Below, piece by piece: positions 49,729 to 61,124 of a stretch of 64,000 nt of DNA. The stretch's first letter is position 1; each line of letters begins with the position of its first letter. The translations under genes were made by a program, and so were the position numbers. The notes beneath the pieces were generated by a model. The model saw nothing but the letters and a program-made list of their open reading frames with translations. It did not search any database and had not been told where the DNA came from. This DNA is from Blepharisma stoltei ATCC 30299 (Eukaryota; Protista; Ciliophora), in the NCBI GenBank assembly GCA_965603825.1, contig CBFDEM010000058.1, forward strand, positions 496,001 through 560,000. The letters run 5' to 3'.

Positions 49729-52700
49729 ATGAATAACTCTATTGAATTCCTATCAAGCGAATTTCAGCAAAAAAATCTATTGCTGCCCGCAGGCTCTGGA
49801 GACATTATTCTCTTCATTGCCAAGAGCTTATCGAAACTCTTCTCGATCTCACAAATTACATACAAAAATCTGGAGCAAAATCTGATAAAGTCGTGCAAAA
49901 TCCTAACAAATGCTTCTTGAATTGAAGTCTTAATAAAAGACCAAAACAAGTTGCGAGTCTTAGGTGACAAACAGCAAAAAGAATTTTTTGAAATAAATTC
50001 AAACTCCTTGCCTGGGTTTGTTGCCGAAAATAAATTATTCCAAATTATAAATAACCCTCAATCTTCCCCTTTTTACTCAAGCTTTGGGGACAAGCTGCTT
50101 CCTTTCAGCAGAGAACATGAATGTTTCGCTGAGCCAAGTTCAGTCTGTGCAATCCCAGTCTTTTCTGGATCAGAAGAATTGATGGGTGTGGTAATACTCT
50201 ATAACAAACTCAACCACAAAATGGAAAAGGCCCAATTTGTCCATAACGATGTACTTATTGTGCAATCAAGTGCATTGCTGCTATTTGAGCTTTTTAACTA
50301 TTCAAAGTTTTTCAATAAGCTTCAGCAATCAAATACCCAGCTATTAAGCAACGAAGAGGAAAATATGCAAATCAGCCAATTATCGAGCCAGCTAACAAGG
50401 AGAAAAAATCTACTTGCAAGGGCCAAAGAATTAATAAAAACAGAGAATGTCATCACTGATGAAATGATTAAGCTGCTATCTGATTGCATGAAGGCACAAG
50501 CGACAGTTTTGTATCTAAATGTGAGCCAAGAACTTGAACCTGTTTTTGTGTATGGGACTAATAATGAACAAGAACAAGTATCGATCATAAAATCACAGAC
50601 ATCAAAATTTGCAGGATTTACTGAGAAAAAAGTGCTGAACATTCCTGATTTGTCAGCAGACCCTTTGTGAGGAGATCGTCCTCTACTTTTCCATTCCCTT
50701 TTATCATGCCCTATTCTTGACATAAATAAACAAACAATGGGCGTGATTGAATTCTTCAGAAATACTCCATTTACAGAGCTAGAAGAAAGATACGGAGAAA
50801 GCTTAATGAGAACCCTCAGAAAAATCCCTCACAGCAAATGAAATTTGATGTCTTCTCTTAATGAATGGTCCTCAAATTCCTATAGGGATATCAACATCAA
50901 GGTGAAGTCACTATATTGTTTTTCACTGGATCCAGAACATCTTTACGATTATTCTCATCTCTTTGACCAAATCCGCAAAAGTTTCCGCAAGCTCATTTCT
51001 TATGACTCTTGCACAATTTATATTGCTGACCAAAAGAAAATGATTTTATGGACGAAAAAGTTTGGCAGCCCAGAAACAGTGGTCGCTCCTATAATTATTG
51101 ATTCCCTTATCGGCCACACATATTTTTCAAAGCGTGCTATTGTTTTGCCTGCAGAAGAGCCACTAGCGATTTCTGATATGCAGGTCTACAAGCAAAAAAA
51201 CGTTTTATGCTTCCCTATGCAAAGCAATTTAGTTGATTACCCAGTGATCGGGCTATTATTGTTTATAAGGTCAAATCAAAACTTTCAGCAATCTGACATT
51301 GAGACTGTAAATCATTTCTCAGTTAGGCTTGCAAAGACTTTTGAAAATATATATGTAAATAGTTTTCATATAGATAGCATGAAACCTCTTGATCAGGACG
51401 AAAAATTCCAAATTATTGAGCAGTCTTCATCAGCAAGCTCAGAGACTAAGAGAATCAATATTTTGTCAAGTGCTCATAGGTCTGGGAATGAAGACAGGGA
51501 TATCACAACAATATGAAAAAGCAGTGTGGCGATTGATTTTCTTCTACAAGTAGATTTGATACCGAAGCAGAAGCTTGATAGGCTGGCCAAATTTAGGGCG
51601 ATAATTGAGCAGTCAGGAAACCCTATTGTTGCATTTGCTAAAAATCTAGGAATAGTAATCCCTTGCCAACAGTCTGCATTTTTCTTGAAAGAAACTACAG
51701 ATGACCAGCTGTTCAATATCACCAATGAAAGTCTTTACAAGTCTGCAGGGTTTATAAATATTTGTATAAGCAATAATCAAACGATTGTACATAGAGAGGG
51801 CGCCTATAAGCATCCTCATTTTGACAGCCACATTGATAGTTTAGGGGCTATAGATTCAATAGAGAGCATTATGAGTATCCCTATTTCCAATTTCTATGGA
51901 GGAGTAGATGGAGTTATCAGCTTTGTGAATTCTCCTGACAGATTCCCTGTTGAAGACATGTTTTTGGCTCAGTATATTTCTTTAATTCCTAGAGAAATTT
52001 TACAAGCTAAAGATGGGTCCATTGCAAATTGGCAACAGATATTAAGAGAAGGAAGAAGACACAAAATGCTTCAACAATGGTACAAGCAAGTTTTCACTGT
52101 TGCTAATGCTGCACAATACAAGCAAGTTTTAGCAAAAGATATTTTGCAAAGGATTGCAGGAGAAAACACACTGGACATGCTTGTGAAGTCTTCTCTGCAA
52201 ATCATGTGCGCCCTGACAAATAGTGAATTTTCAAGGATCATCGTAAAAGATGGCTGAGAATACTCACAATATACAACGGAAGGGAGAACTGTTTTGCTAA
52301 TAGACGAACATCAAGAATGCATTTTCCAGCGAATTTTGGAAACACAAAGCCCGATGAGTTGTGGGAGAAATGATTCTAGAGAAAATTCAATGTTCGTACC
52401 TTATAGTTCTGATGGGAAAACTATTATAATAGAGTTGTGAAATAAAAAAGACGAGTCTTTATCACTCCCATGCAATTATTCGAGAGAGGATGAAATTATA
52501 GTAGGGACTTTGGGGAAAGTCGTGGCAAATGCTCTGTATTCCAGCTCTGCAAATAACTCCGAAACTTTATCAAATTTGCGCCAAACTTTAAGAAACTACA
52601 CTTTTAACATGAATACCCAGCCTTTTATCAGCACAATCAGAAACGCCGCACAACGACTGCTTGGATGTGACCGTGGGACTGTATTTATAAGAGAAGGCAA

Positions 52701-54753
52701 ATCGCTTATAGTAAAAGCCCAAGGTATAGAGCAGGAAATCCCAGTCGGTTTTTCATGCCCCATAGGAAAAGGAATCGTCGGATATGTCGCACAAACTGGA
52801 GTAACAGAAAATATCAAAGATGTCTACCAAGACCAAAGGTTTAATAAAGAAGTCGACATGATAACTGGCTATAAAACGTCGAATATGCTCTGCATGCCTG
52901 TTCTTGATTCCCAAGGAGAAGTAATTGCAGCCTTGCAAATGATCAATAAAAAGCAAGGACATTTTGATAAAAGTGATGAAGAAACACTCGAAATCTTTTC
53001 AGAAATGGTATCAACAGTAATGCAGAATTGAAATTTATTCCAGAAAACTATTGAAGAAAGAACGAGGCTGATGAATATTTTGAATAGCATTGGAAATTAT
53101 ATCTTGGTATTGAATAGTGATGGAAAGTTGGATTATGCAAATAAGTCATTTGAGGGAATATTCGGAGTTTCTGAAAAAGTAGCAAAAATCACTTATTATG
53201 CAAGTTGGCTGAAATATAATAGACAGCTGGTGATTGATGTGACAAATATTTATCAATTTCCAAATAAAAGGATACATAGGAACTCACAGAGAATTCTGGC
53301 AATGCCTATGCACAAGAGTACGTCAATTCCGAACTTCAAAACTTATAACTTCGCAGTCGAGTCAAAATACCAAATCTTTAATTACACTTTAGCTGCTTTG
53401 CAAGATTTTTCAACCTTAGAAGCAGCTGGAGTTATCATAATTTTAGAAGACGCAACTGCAATTGAAGAGCTTAACTCCAAATTCAAGGCTATGCAAAGCC
53501 AGCTAATGGCTTTAACAAACCCAGTCCAGACTGAAACGTCCCTTCAGCGATGCATAAACAAGCTTTCTTTGATTTCTGGAGAACTCGAACAATCCTCAGA
53601 AATTTCTTCACAACTACAAGAAATCATTAGCACTCTTAAGCGCGGAAACCTAAATAGAGCCGAAGTAAAACTGCCGCTTGAATTAAAATCATTGGAATCT
53701 GAGCTTAAAGGCCGCCTCAAAGAATATGCAGAATTTTCTCAGCCAAACTCTATAAGAGAGCCATTTAAATTGCGGAAAAGTATTTCTGATGAAAATTCAG
53801 GGATGCTAGGTGTCCCAATGGAGTCTTTGCGAAGCTGAACATTGAATTCTTTTGAAATTGAGGACCACTTCAAATATGTCAAAGCAATGCTTATTGATTT
53901 TGACTTAATGAAGCAGTTCCAAATCAAAGCAAGCCGGCTGAAGTCCTTCTATAACCGCGTCAAAGAAAACTACCCAGCTAACCCTTTCCATAACTTCTTC
54001 CATGCCTTTTCGGTGATGCACTCCTGCTATTTAGTTTTACGCAACACAAAAGCTGAAGAAACCTTCAATAACTCAGAAATCCTCGCGATGCTGGTCTCTT
54101 CAGTATGCCATGACTTAGGCCACACAGGCCATAACAATGCTTTTGAAGTAAATTCCAGCTCAGAATACGCGATTTCTTATAATGATAAATCCGTGCTTGA
54201 AAATTTCCACTCTGCGTCCACATTTAGAATATTGCGAGATCATTCATGCAATATTTTTGAAAATCTTCCTCATGATTTGTACCGCTCAGTCAGGAAACTT
54301 ATGATAGAATGCATATTAGGGACTGACATGATTAGGCATTTTACTATGATTTCTAATATGACAGCAAGGTTCAAAGACTTAGAAGACCATCCGTTAGGGA
54401 CTTTAGAAGACGATATAGAAAAACTTGCAGCTTTTATTGTGCATACAGCTGACCTTGCGCATCCAAGCAAGGATTTCACACAATATTCGAGGTTTTCGAG
54501 GCTTGTCTGTGAAGAATTCACTCATCAATATAATGAAGAAGTGCAAAACGGGCTGCCCACACACGAATTCATGAAAGGACTTGATGAGCCTAAGGCATAC
54601 TTTAAAAATGAACTTGGGTTTTTAACAGTCATTGTGAAGCCACTCTGGGAGTGTCTAGGCTTATGGCTGAGCCCAGGGATTGATCAATGTCTGATAAACT
54701 TGAATGAAAATATCAGGAAATATCAGCAAAAATCTCAAGAGTTGTTAGGTTAA
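49729..54753 (+). CDS. Class I cyclic-nucleotide phosphodiesterase with multiple GAF domains and a PAS-like domain, ~1674 aa
   Basis: Seven track ORFs in one frame through TGA. Canonical GAF GKGIVGYVAQTG..NIKDVYQDQRFNKEVD..TGYKT..LCMPV..INKKQGHFDKSDE; catalytic NPFHNFFHA, CHDLGHTG.NN.F, YND.SVLENFH, ILGTDM..H, HTADLAHP. Confidence 0.92.
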
Positions 54754-54788
54754 GTATTTTGTTAAATAATCATTAATTTGTATAGTAA

Positions 54789-55007
54789 ATGTCCACAGAT
54801 TATGACCTTTTCCACAATCCCGAATTAACCCCAGTTATACAAAATAAAGTAGCAAGGACTATTCAGAGGGTTTCTAAGCTGTGCTTGAAAGTTTGCTATA
54901 GAGATGCGCCGCCTAAGGGTGAGTGTTTGAAGAATTGTGTGACGAGTTATGTGGAAGCTTTTGATGTTGTTCTGGACACGTTGAGAACTTATGATTATAA
55001 TAGATAA
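54789..55007 (+). CDS. Small Tim (Tim8/9/10/13 family) mitochondrial intermembrane-space chaperone, 72 aa
   Basis: Twin CX3C motif CLKVC-x9-CLKNC followed by V..YVEAF.VV. Confidence 0.7.
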   Translation: MSTDYDLFHNPELTPVIQNKVARTIQRVSKLCLKVCYRDAPPKGECLKNCVTSYVEAFDVVLDTLRTYDYNR

Positions 55008-55027
55008 AGCTTATTTTATTTAAAATA

Positions 55028-56872
55028 TTAAGCTCGTCTAGCACTTTGAGGTCTATTTCTATGGAGTTCTGGGCTTGTTGATGTACCGGAAGCGCCTTTT
55101 ATAAGCTGCTGGGGATATTTAAGATTACTTCTAATACGAAGAGTCCGGAGCGGGGAAGTGTCGTCAGTCGTTCTTGTATTTTGAGTCATTTCTTGAAGGT
55201 TTAGCTCTGGCGAGCTTTCTGTATATTCTGTCAGAGTTGTGACACCTGCTTTGATTTTTGAGTCATCGGCTTTATAAAATCTTCCATCAAAGCCTTGGAT
55301 GTGAGTCATAATTGGAAAATTGATCTCCCCTCTGCCACAAGACAAGCATGCATTATTTCTTAATAATTTTTTCTTGGAAATTAATGCATTTCCAAAATCG
55401 TCATTTGTCTCTTGAAACTGCAGGATGATTTTTCTAATGCACCCTTCTAAATTCTCACAGTTTTTATCACAGGTTTTTACAAGGCTTTCAAGGATAGAGA
55501 TCCTTTGTTCGTGGTCTTTAATCAAATTCATTAGTTCTTCTCGATCTGCTTTATCTTTGATGATCTTTTTTAGCTGAGAATTGTCAAGCAATTTTGCAAC
55601 CTTGTCAAACTTTTCGTCAATAATTTTGAAGTTATTGTTAGCTTTTTCTCTAAATTTCCAAAATTCTGTAGATTCGTGATGCTCTATTGTGACAGATTTA
55701 GGCTGCTGCTTATTCTGGTTTCCGATTAAGTCAGAGATCACGTCACGATCAACTTTTAGCCTGAGATCGGCTTGGATTTTTTCAAATTCTTTTGTCAAAA
55801 ATTCAAGCTGCTGCTTTAAGGTGAAATCTTTTTCAGGTACATTTGAGAGTACGCTGCTATGCATCATAAGCTCTTGATGGATCCTTTCTATTTTAGATTC
55901 AATTTCTTTGAATTCTTTAGAAAAGTCTGGCATTTCTGGTAACGAGCTTTTAACTGAGTCTATTTTTGCATTGAGTTCTTCATAGCTTAGCATTCATAAC
56001 TTCTTATCAACTCTACATAAAATTTACTCTTCTTTCAGTTCTTTCAGTGCTTTTTTAAACACGCTCATTTCTTGATCATCTTCTCTAACGATCTTTTCTA
56101 AATCTTTAAGCAATGTCTCAAACTTGTCAAGTTTCTTTTCACTCATCCCTAAAATGTCCCTTTTAAGCCTTAACTCGACTGTATTCAAAGAATCTCAAAC
56201 GAACTTTTCATTGACTCGGGTTTTGAGCAAATCTTCACAGTCTTTTAACTTTCACAGCGTTTTTGTTTCCAAATCATTGAACTTTTTTTCCATATCGACC
56301 ATAAATTTCCCAACTTTTTCTTCATTTCTCCCAATGATGTCTCTGAGGTCTCGAGTTTTCTCATTGAAATCTTTAGTTTCAGCTTTCAAACTTATTTTGT
56401 GTTTTAGTTTTTTCTTCAAGTGGGAATGGTCATTTGCATCCACTTTCTTACTAATTTGATTATCTATCTGGGAAACTTTGTCTGCAATGTCACTTTTGAA
56501 TTGATTTAAATTGAAAATTTGATCAGATAATGATCTCAATCCCTCTGTTGTCGAAACTAAAGCTTCTTGCCAATGCAGGCTGCTTGCTTTTCTACTGATG
56601 AATTCTGACCTAAAGGAGTTAGTTAAAGCAGACAGCATGTCGTTGAACTCCGAATTTGCAATTTTATTTTGAATCTCTTTAGAGATTATCTTTATGTAAG
56701 TTCCCTGCTGATTGATTGCAATAGCAACGTTATTTAAAAAATCTCTCAGAGTATCAAAATTCATATCAAAAGTGACAAGGGGAGCCAAAGGTACAGTCGC
56801 TATAGCGCTATCTATATTTTCGCTCCTGCTTGTTGTTTCAATAATGGTCTTTGATTCTCTCTTAATTGACAT
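55028..56872 (-). CDS. Long coiled-coil protein with C-terminal CLSC motif, ~614 aa
   Basis: ORFs 56252-56872 and 55028-55993 are in frame through several TGA codons; KVD/KAD repeats, ACLSCG, QGFDGRFYKAD. Confidence 0.75.
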
Positions 56873-56883
56873 ATTATTAACTA

Positions 56884-57675
56884 TTATGCTAATTTATATC
56901 TACTTCTTATTTCTGGCTCTACTTTTCTTGTCTTATCCAAAATCTCGCTCGTTTTCCCCACATATATCATATCAATAGAGCTCCTTAACTTGCTTTCCAT
57001 ATTCTCAACTGCAAAAATCATCCCATATATATGAGGATCCGCATATAAGCTGTTACGAGCTGCAACTGTTTCTTGGTTTTGCCTTGTTACGCTCCCACTT
57101 AATTCAAGTCTTCCAGCAGCAGGGTCATTGATTGTGATTTGCAAAAATACAGTTGTGGTTATTGTATAAGTAATAGTTCGGCTTTCAGGGGAAAGTTTTG
57201 CAGTGACTAAGTTGGTGGATTCCCATGCTCCCTTTTCAGTAATCCCTGCTGCTCCTAGATCTTTTTTGACTAGAAAAGCTCCTGCAAACTCATTGGGGTT
57301 TGTGTCCCACAGATAAGCTGATGAAATTCCTCCTTCGTAATAGAGTTTCCTATATTCATTAAAAATTTCATTGGCTTTTACTTCTACTTGTCGAAGCTCT
57401 GCAGAAGGAACGCTGCTTTCTGGTAAAGGAGGCTGATAATTGTTGCTATAAGGAGATCTATATGAGTCGCCATCACGGTTGAATTCACAGAGAATAAATT
57501 CGTTGCCTGTGCTTTCACATACTCCAAGTTCTAATGGCTTATCAACTCTTTGGTAGACTTGATCAACTATTTCTTCATTTTCAATTAATTTAGAGACACC
57601 AGCAAGGTTCTTTTCACATGCAGAAGGCGGCATTCTTCTCATGAGTCCGAGAGATGAGGTGAGGACAGCACTCAT
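56884..57675 (-). CDS. CAPZB: F-actin capping protein beta subunit
   Basis: LMRRMPP, VDKPL, FILCEFNRDGDSYRSPYSN.Y.PP, YRKLYYEGGISSAYLWD, LSGSVTRQ, VENMESKLR. Confidence 0.95.
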   Translation of the reverse strand: MSAVLTSSLGLMRRMPPSACEKNLAGVSKLIENEEIVDQVYQRVDKPLELGVCESTGNEFILCEFNRDGDSYRSPYSNNYQPPLPESSVPSAELRQVEVKANEIFNEYRKLYYEGGISSAYLWDTNPNEFAGAFLVKKDLGAAGITEKGAWESTNLVTAKLSPESRTITYTITTTVFLQITINDPAAGRLELSGSVTRQNQETVAARNSLYADPHIYGMIFAVENMESKLRSSIDMIYVGKTSEILDKTRKVEPEIRSRYKLA

Positions 57676-57763
57676 ATTGAATAATTATTATCGCCATATG
57701 ATTTATGCCAAATTGTGTAAAAATTTCCACTTTTAAATTCAAACTAATAAATTTCAACAAATT

Positions 57764-59173
57764 ATGGAACCTCTTATTGATCCTTTGCATGATCGTGCTA
57801 TAGGAGATGTGCCCGCTCCACCTCACAGGCCTCTAGATAGAAATATTTTATACCCAAATGGCATCATAAGTCCTCCAGATTGAAGAATACTGAGAAGCCA
57901 TCTTTACTCTGAAGGAAGAGTCAATAAAGCTGAATGTCTATTGCTCATTCACCAAACAACTGAAGTTTTTCGAAAAGAACGAAACTTGTTAGAACTAAAA
58001 GACCCAGTAACTGTTGTTGGTGATATTCATGGACAGTTTTACGACTTCATGAGGATTCTAGAATTAGGCGGAGACTTTGACAAGACAAAATATCTATTTT
58101 TAGGAGATTATGTGGACAGAGGCGCTTTTTCTATAGAAGTGGTCATGCTGCTGTATGCGATAAAGCTGAATTATCCTGGAACCGTATATATGATTCGAGG
58201 AAATCATGAATGCAGACAGATGACGGCTTTTTTTAATTTTCGTACAGAGTGCTTGAATAAATTTGATTTAGAAACTTATGATGCTGTGATGGAGAGTTTT
58301 GACGCGTTGCCAACTGCCTGCCTAGTAAATAATAAGTTTTTAGCGATTCATGGAGGAATCTCACCGGAGCTGGTCACTATAGAAGATATAAGCAGACTAA
58401 GCAGATTTCAAGAACCCCCAAGACAAGGACTTTATTGTGATTTGCTATGGTCTGACCCCATAGACAATGATACTGGCCATTGCACAGATAAATACAAAAT
58501 CAATGACGTAAGAGGTTGCAGCGTTTATTTCGGCCAAGTTGCTGTTAATACTTTTTTAAAACGAAACAGACTTCTCTCAGTTCTTCGAGCTCATGAAGCC
58601 CAAGTTGATGGCTACAAGATGCACAGATGAAATGGCAACACTGAATTCCCTGTAGTCATAACTGTATTTTCAGCTCCAAATTACTGTGATGTCTATAACA
58701 ATAAAGCCGCCATGCTGAAATTCGAAAACAACACTTTGAATATTCAGCAATTCAACTATACTGAGCACCCTTATATTTTGCCTAACTTTTTAGATGTTTT
58801 TACTTGGAGTGCTCCTTTTGTTATAGAAAAGGTGCTTGAAATGCTTCATAATATCATAAAATCACGCAAAGATGAGCCTGAAGAAAACATTGACCCAACG
58901 TCTGGTGAAAGGGTAAAAGAGCTAAAGGATAATTTGAGAGATTCTAAGCTTGAAAAGCTAAGAAACAAAGTCAAAGCAGTCTCAAGAATGATGAAAATGT
59001 TCAGAACACTTAGAGAAGACAAAGAAATTATTTTGCAACTTAAAGGACTTTGCCCAGACAACAAGGTTCCAAGAGGCTTGCTAGCTCAAGGCAGAGATGC
59101 CATAGCAGGAGCAGTTGATTCATTTACCCATGCTAAACAAATGGACATTGTAAACGAAAAACGTCCAGATTAA
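57764..59173 (+). CDS. Calcineurin (PP2B) catalytic subunit A, ~469 aa
   Basis: GDIHGQ, GDYVDRG, RGNHE, RAHEAQ, FSAPNYCDVYNNK, CNB-binding HPY.LPNFLDVFTWS.PFV.EKV, CaM-binding LRNKVKAVSRMMKMF, autoinhibitory F..AK.MD..NE.RP. Confidence 0.95.
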
Positions 59174-59200
59174 GCTATTAATCTGTATAAATTTAAATAA

Positions 59201-61105
59201 ATGGCTGATTCAGGAATCCAAGCTTATACTGAATCTATAGCAAAAACCCACCTAAAATACAGAGACGCCCTACAAGATATGCAGGAAGAACTCCTCAAAG
59301 AAAAGAAATGAAGACAAGAAGCAGAAACAGAAAACCGAAATTTAAGGAAAAATTTATTGACGCTTGAAGAACAAATAACAGACTATCGATACTCATCCGT
59401 CGAGCTCCATTCAAGGCTTGACGAATATGCTGAAGCTAATAAAGAGCTACATGAAGAAAATCAAGAAAAAAGAGAAAAATTCGATGCTTTAAAAGAAAAA
59501 TTTGAAAAAGAAAGAAATAGGTCAGAAACATTAGAGAGGGAATTAGAAAAGTTTCAGAAGTTTATGAATGAGCTAAGAGATGAAGTCAGTGATAAGCAAA
59601 AAGCACTTGAAGACTGAAAAGAAGCTTTAGAACTTATGGAAGACAAGCTCAAAAGTGTTTCTACTCAGAAAAATAAGTATAAAGAAGAAATGGATTTATA
59701 TAAAGAAGCTTTGGAAAATTCGAAAAATGAAAACAGTTTGCTAAAAATCCAAATTGAGGTGAAAGGTAAAGAAAAAGAAGAAATGAAAAAAGAAATTTCA
59801 CATCAATGTGATGAACTTAATATAAAAATTAAAGAAATGATGAAAAAGCATCAAGAAGAACTGGAGTTTTGAAAAGTGAATTTATCTTCACAGTATGAAA
59901 CTGTAATTTCAAATGAAAGACAGAATGTTGATACCTATAAGAAAAAATTAGGACAGAGTAATGAAATTAATGAAAAAATAAAAAACGAAAGGGATAGGCT
60001 TCTTCGGAATATTGAAGATTTACGAAGAGACATTTCAGAGCAGGCTGAACAAATTTCTACTATAAAATTCCAAAAAGAGTCTCTTGAAAATCTATTGAAC
60101 ACTCAAGTCAGAGAACTTGAAGAGAATTTATTCACGACTGATGATAACTATAAGCAGCTATTAGTCCAAAAAGATAAATCAATTCAACAATTAGAATCCC
60201 AACTCCAAACAGCTCAAGAAAAGCTTAAAGAATTTGCTTTTCAAAGCACTAATAGCAAAGAATCCGAAATTTTCGCTATCAAAGAGATGGAAAGGCTGCA
60301 GGATTTATTAAGAGATAAAGACACCGAAATTTCTAGCTTAAAAAATGTGCTAAACGAGCATAGAGAAGAAATCACCCAAATCAGAGAAAATATTGAAGAA
60401 CAAAAATGCAGCCATTTAAGAGACATTAAAAAAGCTTGCGACGAAGTTGAAGAAAGATATAAGAAGAAATTGCTAGAAAATGAAAAAAAAATTAAAGAAA
60501 TTTTGATTAAAAATGAAGAAGAAAAAACAAGAAGAGAAAATGAAAACGAAAACAACCAAATTAATATTTTAAAGGTTAAAGAAGAGTATATGCAAATGCT
60601 AATAGAAAAAGAAGAAAGCATCGTTCTTTTGAATACTGATAGAGATAGGCTGCAGAAAGTAGTTCAAGATTTAGAAAAGCAGCTAAAAGAAATTATATAT
60701 AAAATGCAAGCAGACGCGCAAGATAGGGAAAGGCTATTAAGAGTTCTCAAAGATGAAAACATTAAAAAGGATGAGCTTGAGCAAAAAAACCTTTATCTCC
60801 GCAATAAAATTGCTGAGCTTGAGCAGCGTGTCGAAGACGAGCTCGAAGCTTGCAAAACTTCTATGAGTGAAAAAGACTCCCAAATAAAAAGAATCAAAGA
60901 AAAATACCACTCCATGCACGAATCCAAACTCGAAGAAGCTGAAGTCAAGCTTTCCACATGGAAAGAAAGATTCAGAGAAGAAATCGGATATATGGAGAAA
61001 TGGGGAGAAACAATGGAAACCGATTTAAACTCCCAAGCCCATCTCGCTCGTCTTCGCAGTATCCTTAACCGTCTTTATCAAGTTTTAGATTATTCCCAAA
61101 TATAA
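59201..61105 (+). CDS. Long coiled-coil protein, ~634 aa
   Basis: Three track ORFs plus a 5' extension in one frame via TGA; E/K/Q-rich heptads throughout. Confidence 0.8.
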
Positions 61106-61124
61106 AAATTATTTAAAATTAAGC

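Noticed and set aside
25486-54753. Apparent pseudogenes or operon-like strings of short ORFs
   Set aside because: The fragments are in one frame and separated only by TGA (Trp) or tiny introns; they are single intact genes.
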